A DNA stretch of 64,000 nt from Octopus vulgaris (taxonomy: Eukaryota): contig OX597841.1 in the NCBI GenBank assembly GCA_951406725.2, positions 6,882,001 through 6,946,000 of the forward strand. The letters are read 5' to 3'. The first letter of the stretch is position 1. Each line of letters begins with the position of its first letter. The notes beneath the pieces are model-generated. The model did not search any database. It saw nothing but the letters and a program-made list of their open reading frames with translations, and was not told the DNA's origin. The translations under genes and the position numbers were made by a program. This document shows positions 1-13,214 of this stretch, one piece after another.

Positions 1-362
1 AAACTGGTCAAACCATAGCTGGAATGTCCAGGCAACTGACAGCATTGTTTCCATGGACAGAACAACAAATATTTCTTGCTGCTTCCATTGCTAAGGGACC
101 CCTTTTCTGTTCGTACAACATGAAGTGTCTAATAAACGAAGTCTGATCTAAACTCATTTTAAAAGATTAAAATCGATACAAATTTAACGTTTAAGGTTTA
201 AAGTAATCCGCAAATAAAAATATTAGAATGTAAAAGAAATATTTATTTCAAATATTGAAAAGAACCGTGGTCATGTGAAAAATGCAGGTCATGTGAAAAA
301 TAAGGTCATGTGAAAAATGAGGTCATGTGAAAAATGCAGAGGACAGTTTCCCAACCTATTAT
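1..362 (-). mobile_element. Mariner DNA transposon 5' end (TIR, subterminal repeats, disrupted transposase N-terminus)
   Basis: The minus strand from the ATG at 157 reads MSLDQTSFIRHFMLYEQKRGPLAMEAARNICCSVHGNNAVS, matching the mariner N-terminal HTH (RH.MLYE..RG..A.EAARNIC). A TIR-like TA-TAATAGGTTGGGAAAC lies at ~345-362. Four tandem GGTCATGTGAAAAAT units lie at 269-335. Confidence 0.75.
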
Positions 363-726
363 ACCTCATTACCCCAGCACGGCCGTAGTCTGATGACTGA
401 GTCAAATAAAAGAATAAAAGAGCAAAAAAATATCTAAATAAATACAAAATATAATATGAGGTAGTAATTATTTTCTGGGAAATAAAACCCCATCCTCAAA
501 ATAATAACTGAAGTGAATAATTAGAGTTTAAAGCTGCACTAATGAGTCATCCTTTATTCCTCTAACGATCTCCATAAGATAAAATTTTTCTGTATTCACC
601 ATCCACACGCATTTCTACCTGTAAACATTCAGTGAAGCTCTGCAGAGCGACGAAAGCTTACCTGCAGCTCTTTCTAGCAATGATAGTAATTCATGTTCCC
701 CTGAAACGTAAATATATATATATATA

Positions 727-1485
727 GAAGCATCAGATGTGGTGTGCAAGAGAGACGTCTGCGCTGGTATGGTCATGTGGCAAGAATGGATGAGGATAGC
801 TGTGTGAAAAAGTGCCACACCCTAGCAGTTGAGTGAATCTGTGGAAGAGGTAGACCCAAGATGACCTGGGATAAAGTGGTGAAGGACGACCTTCAAACTT
901 TAGGCGTCACCGAGGCAATGACTAGTGACCAAGACTTTTGGAAATATGCTGTGCTTGTTAAGACCCGGCAAGCCAAATGAGACCATAACCTCGTGGCCTA
1001 TGCCAGGGGCGTAACCAGCCCCTTATGCGTACCTTTTCCTTCTTTGGTCACTAAACTCTGCTTGTGAAATCAAAATCAAATTCGATGTCAGGCATCCGTG
1101 CTACCGAGGTGGAAAGAGCACCATCCGAGTGTGATCGTTGACAGAGCAGCTAACCGGCTTCCATGCCAGTGGCATGTAAAAGGCACCATTCGAGCGTGAT
1201 CGTCAACAGCATCGCCTTACTGGCACCTGTGCCATTGGCATGTGTAAAATGATTTGTGCAAGGTCGTTACCAGTACCGCCTGACTGGCCCCCATGCCGAT
1301 TGGCATGTAAAAGCACACACTACACACTCGGAGTGGTTGTCGTTAGGAAGGGCATCCAGCTGTAGAAACTCTGCCAGATGAAGATTGGAGCCTGGTGCAG
1401 CCATCTGGTTCACCAGCCCTCAGTCAAATCATCCAACCCATGCTAGCATGGAAAGAGGACATGAAATGATGATAATGATGATGAT
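727..1485 (+). mobile_element. 5'-truncated RTE-clade LINE 3' end
   Basis: Contains the C-terminal coding remnant [16 protein letters not shown], a 3' UTR with GTGGCA.GTAAAAGCAC repeats, and an (ATG)n tail. Same family as 45960-47955. Confidence 0.8.
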
Positions 1486-3479
1486 TTTGCTTGCCCACTC
1501 AGTTGTATCTATCAAGATATCTTTGTCTGTGTGTGTATACCTAAGTTTTGTCGACCCGACAAAAGCATAACAAACCCGCAGCTCCGAGGGCGAGCTCCAG
1601 CAGACGTTCCAGGAACTGGAGGTCCCCTTGGGTGGTTTCTCCTCCGGGGGTCTCACCTCCCACGGCCACCACTTCAGCACCAGCCACAGGTTGGCACCTT
1701 CCCTCTGCTGTTTGGGTAACACCTCCGCCAAGGTAGCCAAGCTTCCTACGAGCCGCCTACAATAGGCACACCATCCGAGGAAGTTCCTCAAATCCCTCAC
1801 ACAGGCAGGGTCCGGCCAATCCTTCACAGTGGCCACCTTCCTCAGGGCTCTATATCCCACGTAGCATCTCGCTGTGCCATCCCCATTCCGCGCAATTATC
1901 GCCGACGACCAGGCACCATTCCGCTTTTCCACTGTTCCCCGTCGCCGATATCTCCTCTTGCGCTGCCGTACTGGGACTTTCCTCTGGCCTCGCTGCTTCC
2001 TCAAGCGACGACCGCCTTGGTTGATGAAGCACTTCGTCATGTTCGTGCGACCAACATCCGACAACCTTCACGACCAACGTCCTGCGCTCCTCACCAACGG
2101 TTGCTTCTTCTGCAACTGCATCAGTGGACCACCATCTCCTTCAGCTGCATCACTGTATCGGCAGAACTGACCCCGCCGCTGGTTTACCGTCCGGCGCAGT
2201 TCCACGATTTGCCCTCTGCAAATCGCCTGCGCAGCCTTCAATAAATCGGCCGACCCAACCAGCGCTCTGTCAACTTCTGCCTCCACCAGGGTCCAGCCGA
2301 CCCTCAATTGAGCTCTTACTCTGCACTGCCTGTCGGGCTCCACCAGCCCCACGCAACCATCTAACACAGAGCCCACCCGAGTGCCAACCAAGCACCAGCG
2401 ACTCCTTGCGGACCGCCTCCTCAACTGCATCAGTGGGCCACCATCTCCTTCAACTGCGTTGCCGTATCGGCAGAACTGGCCCCACCACTGGTTTGCCATC
2501 TGGCACGATTCCTCGATTTGCCTTCTACAAATCGCCTGTGCCACTTCCAAAAGATCGGCCGACCCAGCCAGCGCCCTGCCAGCTTCTGTTTCTACTAGGG
2601 TCCACCCGACCCTCAATTGAGCTTTTACTATGCACTGCCTGTCGGGCTCCACCGGCCCCAAGCAGCCATCAACCACAGTCTTCCTGGTCTTGGCGGACCC
2701 ACCACCGCTCGTAGCCGTCTCGCCTCGTCAACGGGCTTGGTCCTCCTCACCAAAGGCCTCACAACACGCACGCTCGGCCGCCAGTCCATCCACGCCTGTG
2801 GCCTCTCCACAGTGGGAACCATACAGTCCTTCTGGGCCCCGAGAGACAGGGGCCCAGACACCAAAGGACTCGCACACGGCACAACACCTGCCGCGACCAT
2901 TACACACAGCCGGAACCTCAGATTCAGCGACATCCGCCCCAGACCTCGCCAGCTCTTCGTCCCGAGCTCCGAGAGACAGGGGTCGAGATGCCAAGGGCCC
3001 CAGACACGGAACAACAGCATCAGCCATAACACCTTCAACAGGCCTTTCGGATTCCTCAACCTCTACGGGCTCCAAATCACAAGATTTCTTGGGTACAGCG
3101 TCACAAATTTCGGCAACCAGCCCAGGTTCCGCAACACTTCCTTCGGGTACAGCGTCACAAATTTCGGCAACCAACCCAGGTTCCGCAACACTTCCTTCAC
3201 TTGATGCCTCATTTGACGGGCAATCTCCGCCCACAGGACCGTCGCTATCCCCGGTCCAACACCGATCCTCCAAAGCTGACCCATCTGCAACCTCAAGCTC
3301 CTGCTGATCTGCCCACAGGCCCTGTCGCCTCTTGTCCATTCTTTCTAAGAATGCATCTGTCTGCGCCATCTGGCCCCTCAACATCTCCACGATCAGGGCA
3401 AGCGAAATCTCCTCGTCTCCGGTCCGACAACCAGACAAATCCATAGCAAAAAAGCCGATCAAGCGCAGCAATCAGGACA

Positions 3480-3497
3480 ATCCCACTTCTGACACCA
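3480..3497 (-). promoter_or_regulatory. Primer-binding site complementary to tRNA-Leu 3' end
   Basis: The minus strand reads TGGTGTCAGAAGTGGGAT 2 nt after the LTR-terminal CA. This complements ...AUCCCACUUCUGACACCA, the 3' end of tRNA-Leu (CAA/CAG type). Confidence 0.85.
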
Positions 3498-3499
3498 AT

Positions 3500-4751
3500 T
3501 GTTACGGAATCACCCGTCGTCGCCGCTCGCCCGAACGGGCAAGTTCGCCACGGAACCCAAAGAGGAGAGAGGAGAGATACAACAACAACAACAGCCGCAG
3601 CAGCACAGAGATACAGAGGCAACCGAGAGAGACACCAAAAGGCAAAACGGCAACAACTGGCTTACATCTAACAACAGTTTATGACAATCAATGGTTACAA
3701 CATCAAAGCATTTAAGGAAACAACAAATCAATACATCATACAACAGATCAAAGCATTTAAACATGCAAGTAACAATATAACAGTCCGGAGACACAACAAG
3801 GTCAATACATTAGCATTTCAAAGGTACACGTCCGAAAACACAGTTCTATTTCAAATCACATCACAGATAACGTCACAGTTCTTTAAAGTCTTTACAATCT
3901 CATTTCTATTTTCTTTTGTAACATGTATCAACACAATTCTGAACATAAATACCACAACTCAATAATCGACACATCGACAAGTCCTCTACTCAATTCACAA
4001 TGTTCTTTATCGACTACATCAGAGTCCTTCTTTTCACTGTCTCTTTACATCGTGACACGTATCAATACATAATCAAATGCCTTAATTCCTAATTGAATCG
4101 CCAGTGTCCAATATTGCACTTCATCTCTCTCTCAATACTGCTAACTCCAGCTTGCCAAGCTCCTGAATCCAACCGCTTGCTCCTAAGGTTCCAACTACTG
4201 GCTCTGACTTCCAGAATCCGACTGTCTTCTTTGATGACCGAATACCAACTCCCCCAAAACCTCACTTGCTTTCTCCTTCCCACTACCCTAATCTCCATCA
4301 GTCTCTACTGCTTATACCCTCGCTATCTGCCCTGGTCCCAAGTCCCTATCTTTATCGCCTGCTGCTGTCACTCTCTCATGACAGCTCTGCTATACACTCT
4401 ACCTTTCCTCCTCTGCCCCTCATCCTCTCTCACTGCTAATATCCTGTCTATCTGCTCTGAGCCCTTAACTACCTATCTCTATCCTCAATCTGTCCCTTAG
4501 CCTTATACTCTATCTCTCTCACTACTTTTCTTCTCTCTGCCCCTCATCCTCTCTTACTGCTAATACCCTCTCTATCTGCTCTCAGATTCCTTACTCCATC
4601 TTTCTCACTTCCTTCCTCCTCCTCTTCTTCAAGGGGTGTTTAGAACGACCTCTAATTCACCCGAAAGGGGTCGCAGATTTACCCAGAACCGATCAATCCA
4701 TCCGAAAAGTAGGTCACTGCCAACTGTCCTTAGACTGAACCATTCATAGCA
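3500..4751 (-). repeat. 5' LTR (~1.25 kb)
   Basis: TG...CA termini, an adjacent PBS, and homology to the solo LTR at 43573-44642. Confidence 0.8.
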
Positions 4752-4798
4752 ATATATAATATTTATATATATATAATACATATATATGTATATATATA

Positions 4799-4853
<55 letters not shown>

Positions 4854-4958
4854 TATAATACATATATATAATACATATATATAATACATATATATTGTAT
4901 GTGTATTTTGTTTCATATTTATATTTGCATTTGTATATTTTTATAATTGTACTTTATA

Positions 4959-5076
4959 ATCTCTGACAAGGCCTTGGGATATATAACTCATTTTTAACTG
5001 CATATTACCTCAATACGTCTGACTAATATAGGCACAATGAGATACCTTTATCTACAGGCTGAAACAGCTGTAAGAT
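4959..5076 (+). ncRNA. Degenerate type I hammerhead ribozyme with long loop II
   Basis: Pattern: ATCT-CTGACAA-GGCC...GGCT-GAAA-CAGCTGTA-AGAT. Core position G8 is mutated to A. It sits in a repeat (~4900-5420) homologous to 54539-55035. Confidence 0.6.
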
Positions 5077-5545
5077 CCATTTTATATGTAATATTTTTAT
5101 GGTATTATCTTACTTATTGATGTAAATTGTTGTATTCTGTTGGATTTGGATGTTCCTATTTAATTAGTTAATAAATAATATGAATTGGTAATATCTGTAA
5201 GTCGATGATTGAAAGGAATCTGTTCCTCCATTTTCTTATTTGTATTATGAATTTGAGGTAAAATATTTTACCTTCGCCCATCTAATACAATAAATGAATT
5301 TAATTGCATTGCAATTATAAGCATTTATGTATTTGGCATTTGGGTACTTCACCAGCAGTATATTGGATAACTGATATCCCATAGTGGGTTACACTCATAA
5401 CCCCTATCTCACTTTGTACTTTTATGCATATATATAAATATATATATATATATATACTCTTTACTCTCTTTTACTTGTTTCGGACCGAACCCGAAACCAT
5501 GTAGCTAGGAAGCAAGCTCCCTTACCACACAGCCATGCCCGCGCC

Positions 5546-5609
<64 letters not shown>

Positions 5610-7259
5610 TATACACACATATATATATGTATACGTGCATATTCATATGTATTATATCAAAGTCAATGTCTTTATGTGTGTCTGTGTGTTACTTATATAT
5701 TCGAAAATTGCTGCACCGATCCTAATGAGATTTGGAACACAAAATCCAAGCCTAGGGAGAATGGTAATGCTGTGTGATTCATACAATTTCATCGACCAAA
5801 ATTACTGAATGGATCCTTATGATATTTGAAACTTAGATTCAATGTATAAGGGTGAGTATAATGCAATATGTTTGGTTTGAATTTGAGATGGCTTAAAGGG
5901 GGAAGAACCCCAATGAAAATTCATAAATTTGCGATGTTGATGAAATTTCAACCATGGGTAATTGACACACATCAAGAAGTGTTCTCAAAGTTTCCACTTC
6001 TCATGAGGATTCTAAGACACCCTAATGGGGGCCTTAATTGCCAAATTTTAGTAATTTCTTTTATGATCCAAAACTAGGTAAAAAGTACTGAATTGATTTT
6101 TACAAAATTTGGAAATTATATTCTTTGCATAATGGCCACAACCCCCATGACAATTCATATATTTTGGCTGTTGATGAAATTTTAACCATAGATATTAGAC
6201 ACAAATGAAGTAATATTTATAAAATTTCATCTTCTTACAAGCTAGAAAGACCTCTTCATGGGCACTTAACACCCACAATTCAGTCGTTTTATCTACGCAA
6301 AGATGACTGCAGTTGTACTCTTGGAAGCTGTAGGGTCACCCGAGCATGAAAGACGAGCAGTATTTGTAATTCAATGGTACAACAGTGTAACACTTTGCTT
6401 TGACATACACTTAGATTGTGATTTCTGCAATGTGGTGCATAAATTGTCAAGTAAATGAAAGATATCTTTGCCTCCACTGATTCACTTTGCAAAGTGTTGA
6501 GTAAAGTTATTTGGTTGGAGACATTCTTTCAGTCTTTTTATTATCACTGGGTCACACATAGTCCCAGGATAGTAATACTGATTTCAAGGCCTTCCCAGGT
6601 GAGTGACTGGTTATTGAAAGACATTTATAGATTGTAAATTTATTCTGTCCAGTTACGTATCAGTATAGTGGTCATTTGCAAACTCCAGAGGTGACACTTT
6701 CATGTCTCCTTAGCCTTCATGTTACACAGTTGTTAATGTTTATTTCAGTTGGGTCATGCTCTTCCAATTGCTATAGATCTGTAATGCATCTTACGGCTGT
6801 GCCTGTCACCTGGATGGTGAGGAATCCTACTTTGGGAGTGGTAACGACTAGGGTAGGGTAGCTGACTGCTTATTGTGATCATTCGTCTTTTGGGTTCCTT
6901 TGCTCTCTTTTACAAACCCACTGAACATATATTTCCTATATCAAAGAAATTCAAACAATAGATATAAGAACCAAGTTAAAAAGATTCTCAACAATTCAAC
7001 TTCTCTGGTTGATATTAAGACACCCATCCCTAATAGGGGCCTTAACTCTCACATTTTAGAGCTCCATGACCTTCATTTCTCAGGAGCAAAATTCTTTTAA
7101 CGGGTTCTATAAGACTGGAATTTTGGAATCTGCACATAAAAATAAGTAGTATGGGATACATGTGGCACGATTACAATTTCTTTTTAGGGTGTGTAAAGAA
7201 GGAAATAACCCTCATCTGCAATTTTGATGAAATTGGAATCACAGATATTCCAGTTCATT

Positions 7260-7776
7260 ATAGAAAATCTAACAGAGAAGTCTAATTCTTCAATTGAATG
7301 TAACACAGGCAACAGCGGGTATCTCTGCTAGTATTCAGATGTTATTTCTATGTCTCTGCATCATCTCTGGACACAAACTTTTTATATTTACGAAATCGAC
7401 ACATTCTGATGAGTGCAAAAATATTAAATTTGATAGAATCCACAAGTTGACCATCCAATGTGAATATCTTAATGTTTCCATTCTCCCAGTCACATCCTGC
7501 AATCAGATTATTTTCAGTAAGAACCAAACGATTAATCTCCACTGGTTCTTTGTCTCCCAAATGTTTAGGGAGAGGAATATGTCTGGCTTTATCAGAAACT
7601 GTCAAGTCCTGTAGATATAAAGTGGAAGACAACATTTCACTGAGAGAAATGTGTCTGGAAAATACATCCACCAGGTCAATATAATAATTAAGTTGATTAT
7701 TAGTAACGAGATCATTAACCAATAAACTCATTTCACAGCTCTCCTCATCCATATGTCACATATGACCATACCATTT
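7260..7776 (-). pseudogene. Fragment of uncharacterised beta-propeller (NHL-like) gene, paralog of 58300-58780
   Basis: DLVTNNQLN...SEMLSSTLYLQDL and IKIFTLDGQLVDSIKFN match DLVTNNQLN...SEMLSSKFYLQDL and IKKFTFDGHLLDSIKLN at 58.4-58.7 kb. Confidence 0.7.
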
Positions 7777-9378
7777 CATTACAACCAAAGCATTCTGTTG
7801 GGGATTAATGGAGAGGAGGTATGACGATGATCCTGGGGCAAACCTGGGCATAGACGAGGAATACCAGACCTGCCTTTTCAAGATGACTTTCGGGCCGGGA
7901 CCTATGTTCAACTTCCAGAGATACCTCGCCTGGCAGTGCTATACAGAAGCACTACCCGTTTGAGATAGGCTCTACAGGCATGGCTCAAGAAACATGGGGC
8001 CGAGATGTGGACAGAGTGACGAAACCGTTCTCCACGCACTCGTACAGTGTCCAACCATTTCCGACCTGTGGGCCTATGTCGAATGACTGCTATCGCGTGT
8101 GGGACAAGTCGGATTATAAACCGAGTCTATCGTCAATAAACTTTTCTCCTATAGGCACAAGGTCTGAAATTTTGGAGGAGTGTGCCGTTTGATAACATTG
8201 ACACCAGTACGCAATAGGTACTTAATTTATTGACCCCGAAAGGATGAACGGCAAAGTCAACCTTAGCGGGATTTGAACTCAGAACATAAAGTCAAGATGA
8301 AATACTGCAAAGCATTTTGCCCGGTGTGCTAACGTTTCTGCCAGCTAGCCGTCTTAGGGTCTATTGTCGCGCCTCCTTCCTTCAAACGGGAAGGAAAAGC
8401 CATTTTCATTTTACTTGTAGCTATGGCAAAAGAATGTATATGGTGAAGGCGTCTGAAAGGTCTAGAGACAAACACTTTCCTCTCTGGTCAATCTCTCATC
8501 AACCTCTTCAAGTATCACTTGAAGAGGAAGGTGAGCGTAGAGAGGGAAGTTTTGTCTAGTGAATACTTCAAACAAAGATGGGTGAATGTAGCAAGGATGG
8601 CACGTGTGAATGACGGATCCACGTTCAGCATAACCCTACAAACCAGAAAAACAAAGGAGTAAAAGAGAGCCACTTACTGTAATGCGTTTTTGTTTTTGCA
8701 TGACGTAATTGCCCGAGGTTACCGTGGTCTTTTCTGTAAGCTTTTCTTTCCACAGATAAAATTAATCTGTTTTCCTTTTGCATTTATGACATTTCTGTGA
8801 TACACGATCACTATTGATTGGAACCTTATTCCCCCCCCCACCACCACCACTTCTTCCCCAAGAAGAAAAGCTCTGCATTGTATTTTGTCTCCTCTGTGTT
8901 CAGCCCTGTGTGGCATATTAAGAAACATATCTGTCTGTCTGTCTGTTTGTTTATTACCTGCTTTTTGGCTTAGAAGTTGGCATCCCAGTCATATGTATGC
9001 CTGTATGTATGCATGTCTCAGAATATGACGTCAAGAAATGCAGCATTCCTGTGCACCAGTTTTGTTTGGTGTGCATACAATGATTATAATTTAACTGTTA
9101 TCAAATTTCTGGCTGCTTATTCAAAATGATGAAATGAAGAACAACTTTCAAAAGAAACATATTTATTGCTTTAAAATAAATTCAAAGAAACAATATTGAA
9201 AATGTAAAAGAAAAACAGGAAAAAATTTAAATTCAAATCACTCTCCATGGGGATGGAATATATTCTGAAAGTTTAGACACTGCCACTCCTTTTCTCTTTC
9301 ACACACACACACACACATGGTGCTAGCATGGCTGTTTTCCTTACCAACCACCACCACCACCACCACCACCACCACCAC
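7777..9378 (+). repeat. Segmental duplicate of 19894-21440 (Tx1 LINE 3' part, nested SINE and 3' flank)
   Basis: Near-identical sequence, including a SINE at the same position and ~450 bp beyond the LINE tail. Confidence 0.9.
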
Positions 9379-9399
9379 CAAAATTGTCAACAAGGTGCC

Positions 9400-10148
9400 A
9401 TATAAAGGCATACTTGTCAAGCTGAATAAGGAATTCAATGTAATATGAGTCAACAGAATTCTGAGAAATGCAGCTTCTATCGTTGGCCTAGATTTAAAAC
9501 CCAATTCTTGGAAGTAAACAACAACCCGGATGAAATTCATGATTGTAGCTTGACCTGCACAAAACAGCAAGTAAATCACCCTCAAATCAAACACTACTCC
9601 TTATGTATAATTAATATATACTTATGTATAAACCAACAAGTGAATGCTCTACATAGTAGCTAGACGTCCCTCAAGTTGTAAACTCTTATGTATGTATATA
9701 TGAACCAATAATGGAGTCCCGTATACGGTGGCTAGACCTTTTGGAAACAACAGCCAAATCTCTCAAATCAAACACTACCGTCTTATGTATATATCTTTGT
9801 ATACTTAAGTAAGATGGCCCACCACATGCTAGCTACACTTGTTAGAAATAACAGCTACCCCTCACTCAAATCACACCATACACTCTGATCATTGTATATG
9901 GGTATGAGCCGACAAGTGGGACCTCTGCATTGTAACTAGTCCTGGCAGAAATAGCAGAGACATCTCCCTCCAATCACCCCAGCTACCTTATGTATGTATG
10001 AATATATGTCTAAACCCATGAGAGATGTGTCTATATGGTAGCGAGACCTGCTAGAAATAGCAGATACTCTTCTCTCAGATTAAATTCTATTGCTTTATGT
10101 CTGTGCATATGTGTGTACATGCCAATGATTGTGGTAAGAACCTGGCCA

Positions 10149-10184
<36 letters not shown>

Positions 10185-10580
10185 TATATGTGTCTTTGTA
10201 TGTACCACTAAGGGAGATGTCAGACATAGTAACTGGACCTTTTGAAAATAGCTGCTAAATCTCCCTCAAACCCCACACAACACTCTCTTTTGTATGCATA
10301 TATGAAAGTATAAGCCAACAGCTGAGACCTCTAAATGCTTGCTGGAACTACTAGAAACATCAGCTAAATGTTACTCAAATCCTGCCCTACACTCTCAATT
10401 AGGAAGCCATGCATGGATATGCAAGCAAGTGAGGAGTCTACACAGTACCTAGACCTACTAGAAATAGCAGCTAAACCACCTCCAAATAAAACCTTACAGT
10501 CTTATGTAGATACGTATGAGTCAATGGGGGGAGTCCTCTACAGAGTTAGACATAGCAGAATAACCTCTTTCCCCATTTCA
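9400..10580 (+). repeat. Diverged tandem array, period ~100-110 bp
   Basis: A recurrent CTGCTAGAAATAGCAGC.AAATCTCCCTCAAATCA core occurs near 9560, 9745, 9845, 9950, 10055, 10245, 10355 and 10460. Confidence 0.6.
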
Positions 10581-10984
10581 TAATCCTGTGTATTTACTTA
10601 GATTACTGAGACAAGTTTCAGACAGAATCGGTCCAGGCCTTGACTAATTTCATAGCACTACCAGCTAAAGACAAAAAAATATGAGGATTAGTCCAGAGGG
10701 CCCTTGTAAAGGGATGGTACATGGCCTCTTTCCCCGTTGAAATTGGCTGCCATGGCTTTCCAACTACATCAGTGTGTTATATTCTGCAGAAGATAAGGGT
10801 GGGACTCCAACAACTGAAGAAAGCCAACAAGAGGATGGATAGGAGAGCACAAACTAGATGAAGATGTGTATAATGAGAAACCACAATTGGAACCCTTATT
10901 AAGGTGATGGTTATTTAAGTCCTTGCTGCCCCACACAGGTCATGTATACATGCTGAGGGACAAAATTCTTGGTTCTTCCGTTGA

Positions 10985-11817
10985 TTAGGTGACCAATTTA
11001 CTAGTAGTTACTAGCTTCTAGAATAAGAATAGGCTGGGTGGAGTTCAGAGAGTTACCACCAGTATTAGTAACGATGGGCCGTTCCGTCAGAGTGAAAGGC
11101 AGACTGTATGATGCCTGCGTACAAACAGCTCTGCTACGTGGCAGTGAGAGCTGGACTGTGACTACTGAGGATCTGCAAAGGCTTCAAAGAAGTGAAGCAA
11201 ATATGCTTCGATGGATGGGTAATGTCAGTGTGCATATATGAGAGGGTTTAAGTGGTGGTTTGAGAGAAAGAATGGGTGTATGAGGCACCAGGGTTAGCGT
11301 ACAAGAGAGAGAAGACTGCGCTGGTGTGAGCATGTAATGTGTATGGATGAAGACCGTTGCACCAAGATGTGCTGATGTCTAATTATAGAAGGAGCATGTG
11401 GAAGGGGTAGACCCAGGAAGACGTTGGACAGAGGGGTGAGAAAGGATCTACAGATGTTGGGACTCACAGAGGGGATGGCAAGGGACCAAGACTCCGGGTG
11501 GTTTGCTGTGCTTGAGAAGATGTGCCAAGTAAAAGCATTGTTGTCCCTGCATACAGTCTTGTCCCCTTCATTCCTAATCTTGTGGGTGCTGGTGTCATGT
11601 AACAAATACCCGTACTGGTGTCACATGAATGTACCCCTGCCAATGCTGTATAAAAGCAGCCAGTATACTCTGTAAAGTGGTTGGTGTTAGGAAGGGCATC
11701 CAACCATAGAAACCCTGCCAAAACAGATATGGTGCTTGGGCAGCCCTTCTACTGGTTCGTTCCTGTCAAATTGTTCAACCATGTCAGCATGGAAATAAGA
11801 ATTGAAATGATGATGAT
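10985..11817 (+). mobile_element. Old RTE LINE 3' fragment
   Basis: FRELPPVL...VKGRLYDACVQTALLRGSESW remnant and an (ATG)n tail. Confidence 0.75.
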
Positions 11818-11858
11818 ATTTGTATGTGTATATATTTTTATCTATTTATATCATATAG

Positions 11859-11889
<31 letters not shown>

Positions 11890-11896
11890 CATGTAG

Positions 11897-11972
<76 letters not shown>

Positions 11973-12017
11973 ATATATATATGTACATATGTATATATAT
12001 GTGTGTGTATATATATA

Positions 12018-12126
<109 letters not shown>

Positions 12127-12127
12127 G

Positions 12128-13127
12128 TAATGTCAGTGTTCTCACTCGACAGATTGTAAGTACCTTGAGAGAAAGTTGAATAAGAAGCATCAGTTGTGGT
12201 GTGGACCTAAGAAGCATCAGTTGTGGTGTGCAAGAGAGACGTTTGCGCTGGTATGGTCATGTGACAAGAATGGCTGAAGATAGTTGTTTGCAAAAGTGCC
12301 ACACCCTAGCGGTTGAGGGAACCTGTGGAAGAGGTAGACCCAGGAAAACCTGGGACAAGGTGGTGAAGCACGACCTTGAACTTTAGGTCTCACCAAGGAA
12401 ATGACTAGAGACCGAGACCTATGGAAGTATGCTGTGTGTGAGAAGACCCGGCAAGACTAGTGAGACTATAACCCATGGCCTCTACCTGGTATGTAGCCAG
12501 TCGACTTATACATACCTTTCCTTCTTGGGACACAGAACTCCACTTGTGAAGACCCGTTGAGGCAAGTGAAAATCAAAAAAAATCAAAATCAAAATCAAAT
12601 CAAATCATATCAGATATCAGAAATCAGAACCAAAATTGAAGTCGATCAACATCAATGGAAATTGCAGCTGTGATACCAGTGCCGGTGACAAGTAAGCGAG
12701 CCATCCGATCGTGGCCGTTGCCAGCGCTGCCCCGAATGGCCTCCGTGCCGGTGGCACGTAAAAGCACCATCCGATCGTGGCCATTGCCAACCACGCCTGT
12801 CCCCCGTGCCGGTGGCACGTAAAAAGCACTATCCGATCGTGGCTGTTGCCAGCCTCGCATGGCACCCGTGCCGGTTGCTTGTTAAATGCACCATCTGTCT
12901 GTGGCCGTTTTACCGGCTCCGTCTGGCACCTGTGTGGGTGGCACATAAAAAGCAGCTGCTACACTCACAGTGATTGGCGTTAGGAAGGGCATCCAGCCGT
13001 AGAAACTGCCAGATCAGACTGGTCCTGATGCAGCCTTCTGGCTTCCCAGACCCCAGTTGAACCGTCCACCCCATGCTAGCATGGAGAGCGTATGCTAAAT
13101 GAAGATGATGATGATGATGATGATGAT
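12128..13127 (+). mobile_element. RTE LINE 3' end
   Basis: [20 protein letters not shown]...GRGRPRKTW, followed by 3' UTR repeats and a (GAT)n tail. Confidence 0.8.
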
Positions 13128-13214
13128 ACATATATATATATAATAAAATATTAGGAAATAAATCCAAACTTACAGGGAAAAATCAGATTTAGGATTAAAT
13201 CCAATTGTATAGTA

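Larger units (their letters stand above)
1546..4751 (-). mobile_element. Internally deleted, non-autonomous Ty3/Gypsy LTR retrotransposon (5' LTR, PBS, gag-like region, pol remnant); 3' LTR absent
   Basis: An LTR at 4751-3500 is followed by a PBS. A gag-like low-complexity ORF spans 3471-2728. The peptide KVATVKDWPDPACVRDLRNFLGWCAYCRRLV (~1840-1745) matches the Gypsy RT-RNase H connection motif. Confidence 0.8.

Noticed and set aside
2124-3307. Plus-strand 195-225 aa ORFs
   Set aside because: They are antisense to the GC-rich LTR-element interior and contain no recognisable domain.
12676-12960. Repeat-spacer-like GGTGGCACGTAAAAGCACC units resembling a CRISPR array
   Set aside because: The context is eukaryotic, the spacers are similar to each other, there are no cas genes, and the units are the 3' UTR tandem repeats of the RTE LINE family.
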